In this document: piece by piece, positions 16,739 through 18,621 of the stretch
Layout of the letters: every line of letters begins with the position of its first letter
Position numbering within the stretch: position 1 is the first letter of the stretch
Assembly (NCBI GenBank): GCA_016839515.1
Contig: JAEOUE010000026.1
Coordinates: 1-18,621, forward strand
Direction: 5' to 3'
DNA length: 18,621 bases
Source of the DNA: Candidatus Hodarchaeum mangrovi
GTDB taxonomy: Archaea; Asgardarchaeota; Heimdallarchaeia; Hodarchaeales; Hodarchaeaceae
Program-made: the position numbers and the translations under genes
Notes under the pieces: model-generated
The model's database searches: none
What the model was told of the DNA's origin: nothing
The model's input: the letters and a program-made list of their open reading frames with translations, nothing else

Positions 16739-16891
16739 TTAAAGCTCATCCCAATATCCTTTTTCAGGGCCACAAGTCGGACAATAATCGTCTTCCTCTT
16801 CCTCACAAATTGCTTTTTTTCCACAGTTACTGCAGATATAATCGGCAGGTTTTCCACAATGCATACATTTCGGTTTTGGTTTATCTGACAT
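16739..16891 (-). CDS. Small Cys-rich zinc-finger protein, 50 aa (not in ORF track)
   Basis: Manual translation: MSDKPKPKCMHCGKPADYICSNCGKKAICEEEEDDYCPTCGPEKGYWDEL*. It has three CxxCG knuckles, is more GC-rich than its flanks, and has a GTGAT RBS-like element upstream of the ATG. Confidence 0.85.
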   Translation of the reverse strand: MSDKPKPKCMHCGKPADYICSNCGKKAICEEEEDDYCPTCGPEKGYWDEL

Positions 16892-17328
16892 TCTAATCAC
16901 TTCTAATGCTAAAATGATTTAAAACTTCTATCTTTGGTAGCATTTTTTAAGGTTGGTGTAAAATAGGTGAAAAATCTAAATTGATGATCGTTTTTATTTA
17001 TTAAATATAAAATTCCTCTTTTTCATTGACTGATTTTTGAATGGAATAAATTGGTTTATTGATACTTTTTAGCTATTATCTACGGTTAAAAATCATTTTT
17101 GGGGGTAATTTTCTAATTTTTGAGTTGAAATTATGCTAAATTAATGTAATTATTAGTATAGTATTCTGTTACTCATTAAAGTCAATCCAACTTTAGAGAA
17201 AAAATAATTCTTTTAGCAAAATAATAAATTTCAAACTATTCTAATCAAAAATTTCATTTGATTTCTATCTATTTTTAGTTAAACTAATAATAAAAAAAAA
17301 TAAAGTCTATTATGTTTTTAGATAGTAA

Positions 17329-18333
17329 ATGTGTCCTATTAATATGAGGAAACATGACTTGGCTGAAATTAGATTTGATCCTTTTTCTCAAGATTATATC
17401 ATTGTCAATGATAAACGACTAAAACGCCCCATAATTGCTGAAAAGGAGGATGATTGTCCATTTTGTGCGAATTCTAAAAAAAGACATCCTGGCCTTCCTC
17501 TGCAATATTCTGCCATTAGTATTGAAAATCTATACCCTGCTCTTTCTATGGATAATCCTTCAGAAAAACATCCTTTTGATGTTAGAACTCTTTATTCAAA
17601 GACAAATGCTATTGGAAGGTGCGAGGTTATACTTTATTCAGACGACCACGAATTGTTATTTTATAATCAACCACAAAGTTTAACAATGAGTATAATTGAG
17701 CTCTGGATTCAGCGATATACAGAGTTAAGTCAATTAAAGAAAATAAAATATATTTTTATTTTTGAAAATCGAGGATCTCATATAGGGGTAACAATCCATC
17801 ATCCCCATGGACAACTTTATGCGCTCTCAATTATTCCTCCTAAAATAATCCGAGAACTTGAATTAACAGGTAAATACTTTAAATCAACGCAAAAATGTCT
17901 TCAATGTGACATTATAAATGAAGAAAAACGTGAAAATAAGAGAATCATTAGTGAAAATGAACATTTCATTGCATTTTGCCCTTTTTACTCTAAATGGTTA
18001 TATGAAGTACATTTAGTACCAAAACGACATGTAACAAATCTTTCAGACCTCCTCATGATAGAGAAGGAAGCGTTAGCAATAATTTTACAACATGTACGAA
18101 AGAAGTTTGATAAATTATTTAATCGTCCCGCTAACTTCATGATGATGTTATATCCCTCCCCAGTGAATGCTAAGGATTATTCCTTTCATCACTTTAGAAT
18201 TGAGATTGTTTCGACTGAACGTGATGGAATAAAACAAAAATATCGTGCAGGTGTTGAAACTGGGCTAAATATTTGGACAAATGATATTTCACCTGAACAG
18301 GCTTGTGAGATTTTTAATAAAATACCAGATTAA
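17329..18333 (+). CDS. galT: Galactose-1-phosphate uridylyltransferase
   Basis: R.KRP, CPFC, N.YPAL, G.CEVI.YS.DH and FENRG..IGVTIHHPHGQ (HPH nucleophile motif), plus PE.A at the C-terminus. Confidence 0.92.
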   Translation: MCPINMRKHDLAEIRFDPFSQDYIIVNDKRLKRPIIAEKEDDCPFCANSKKRHPGLPLQYSAISIENLYPALSMDNPSEKHPFDVRTLYSKTNAIGRCEVILYSDDHELLFYNQPQSLTMSIIELWIQRYTELSQLKKIKYIFIFENRGSHIGVTIHHPHGQLYALSIIPPKIIRELELTGKYFKSTQKCLQCDIINEEKRENKRIISENEHFIAFCPFYSKWLYEVHLVPKRHVTNLSDLLMIEKEALAIILQHVRKKFDKLFNRPANFMMMLYPSPVNAKDYSFHHFRIEIVSTERDGIKQKYRAGVETGLNIWTNDISPEQACEIFNKIPD

Positions 18334-18344
18334 GAGGTGATTAT

Positions 18345-18621
18345 GTGCAAAAGAGGATAAAACCTCATTTAGAATGGGAAGATGCTGAAATTATTGAGCA
18401 AAACAAAGAAGAGGGTCATATTATATCTATTCCTTATGAAACAATTGACCAAGCTTATTCTGAAGGTGATTCCAGTTATATCAAATCACTTAATGGGGAG
18501 TGGCGTTTTTATTGGGCGATAAATCCATCTAAACGTCCCCAAAATTTTTTTGAACTTAATTATAATTCCTTAGAATGGGATAAATTAGATGTTCCTGCAA
18601 ATTGGCAAATGAAAGGATATG
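18345..18621 (+). CDS. lacZ: Beta-galactosidase, GH2 (LacZ-type), N-terminal part (3'-truncated; not in ORF track)
   Basis: GTG start after GAGGTGA (18334-18340). Translation MQKRIKPHLEWEDAEIIEQNKEEGH...KSLNGEWRFYW...WDKLDVPANWQMKGY matches the LacZ N-terminal motifs (WE.P....N....H; SLNGEWRF.W; VP.NWQM.GY). Confidence 0.85.
   Translation, partial: MQKRIKPHLEWEDAEIIEQNKEEGHIISIPYETIDQAYSEGDSSYIKSLNGEWRFYWAINPSKRPQNFFELNYNSLEWDKLDVPANWQMKGY

Noticed and set aside
10915-17683. ORFs 10915-11100, 13881-14111 and 17435-17683
   Set aside because: Antisense or alternate-frame ORFs fully inside well-supported genes.

Overview
An AT-rich archaeal-looking region, most plausibly from an Asgard archaeon. 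This is inferred from a LonB-derived domain, Arf/Rab-like small-GTPase folds, 40-aa TPR arrays, GGTGA-type ribosome-binding sites and BRE/TATA-like promoters; it is not proven. Left to right: the 3' end of an aldo/keto reductase; a zinc-ribbon / catalytically dead LonB protease domain / Cys-rich linker / degenerate Arf-like GTPase fusion; a TPR-array / carbon-nitrogen hydrolase (nitrilase-fold) fusion; an MBL-fold hydrolase and a membrane protein divergent from a TetR regulator, with two palindromic operators between them; a Ras/Rab/Ran-fold protein that has lost all G motifs; an MFS transporter; a DUF1295 membrane protein; an ArsN2-like GNAT; an acyl-CoA dehydrogenase + 2-oxoacid:ferredoxin oxidoreductase alpha/beta cluster; an unannotated 50-aa Cys-rich zinc finger; and galT followed by the start of a LacZ-type GH2 beta-galactosidase. 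The most striking items are the pseudo-protease/GTPase fusion, its TPR-nitrilase neighbour and the stand-alone pseudo-GTPase. I found no rRNA, tRNA, CRISPR array or transposase by eye.
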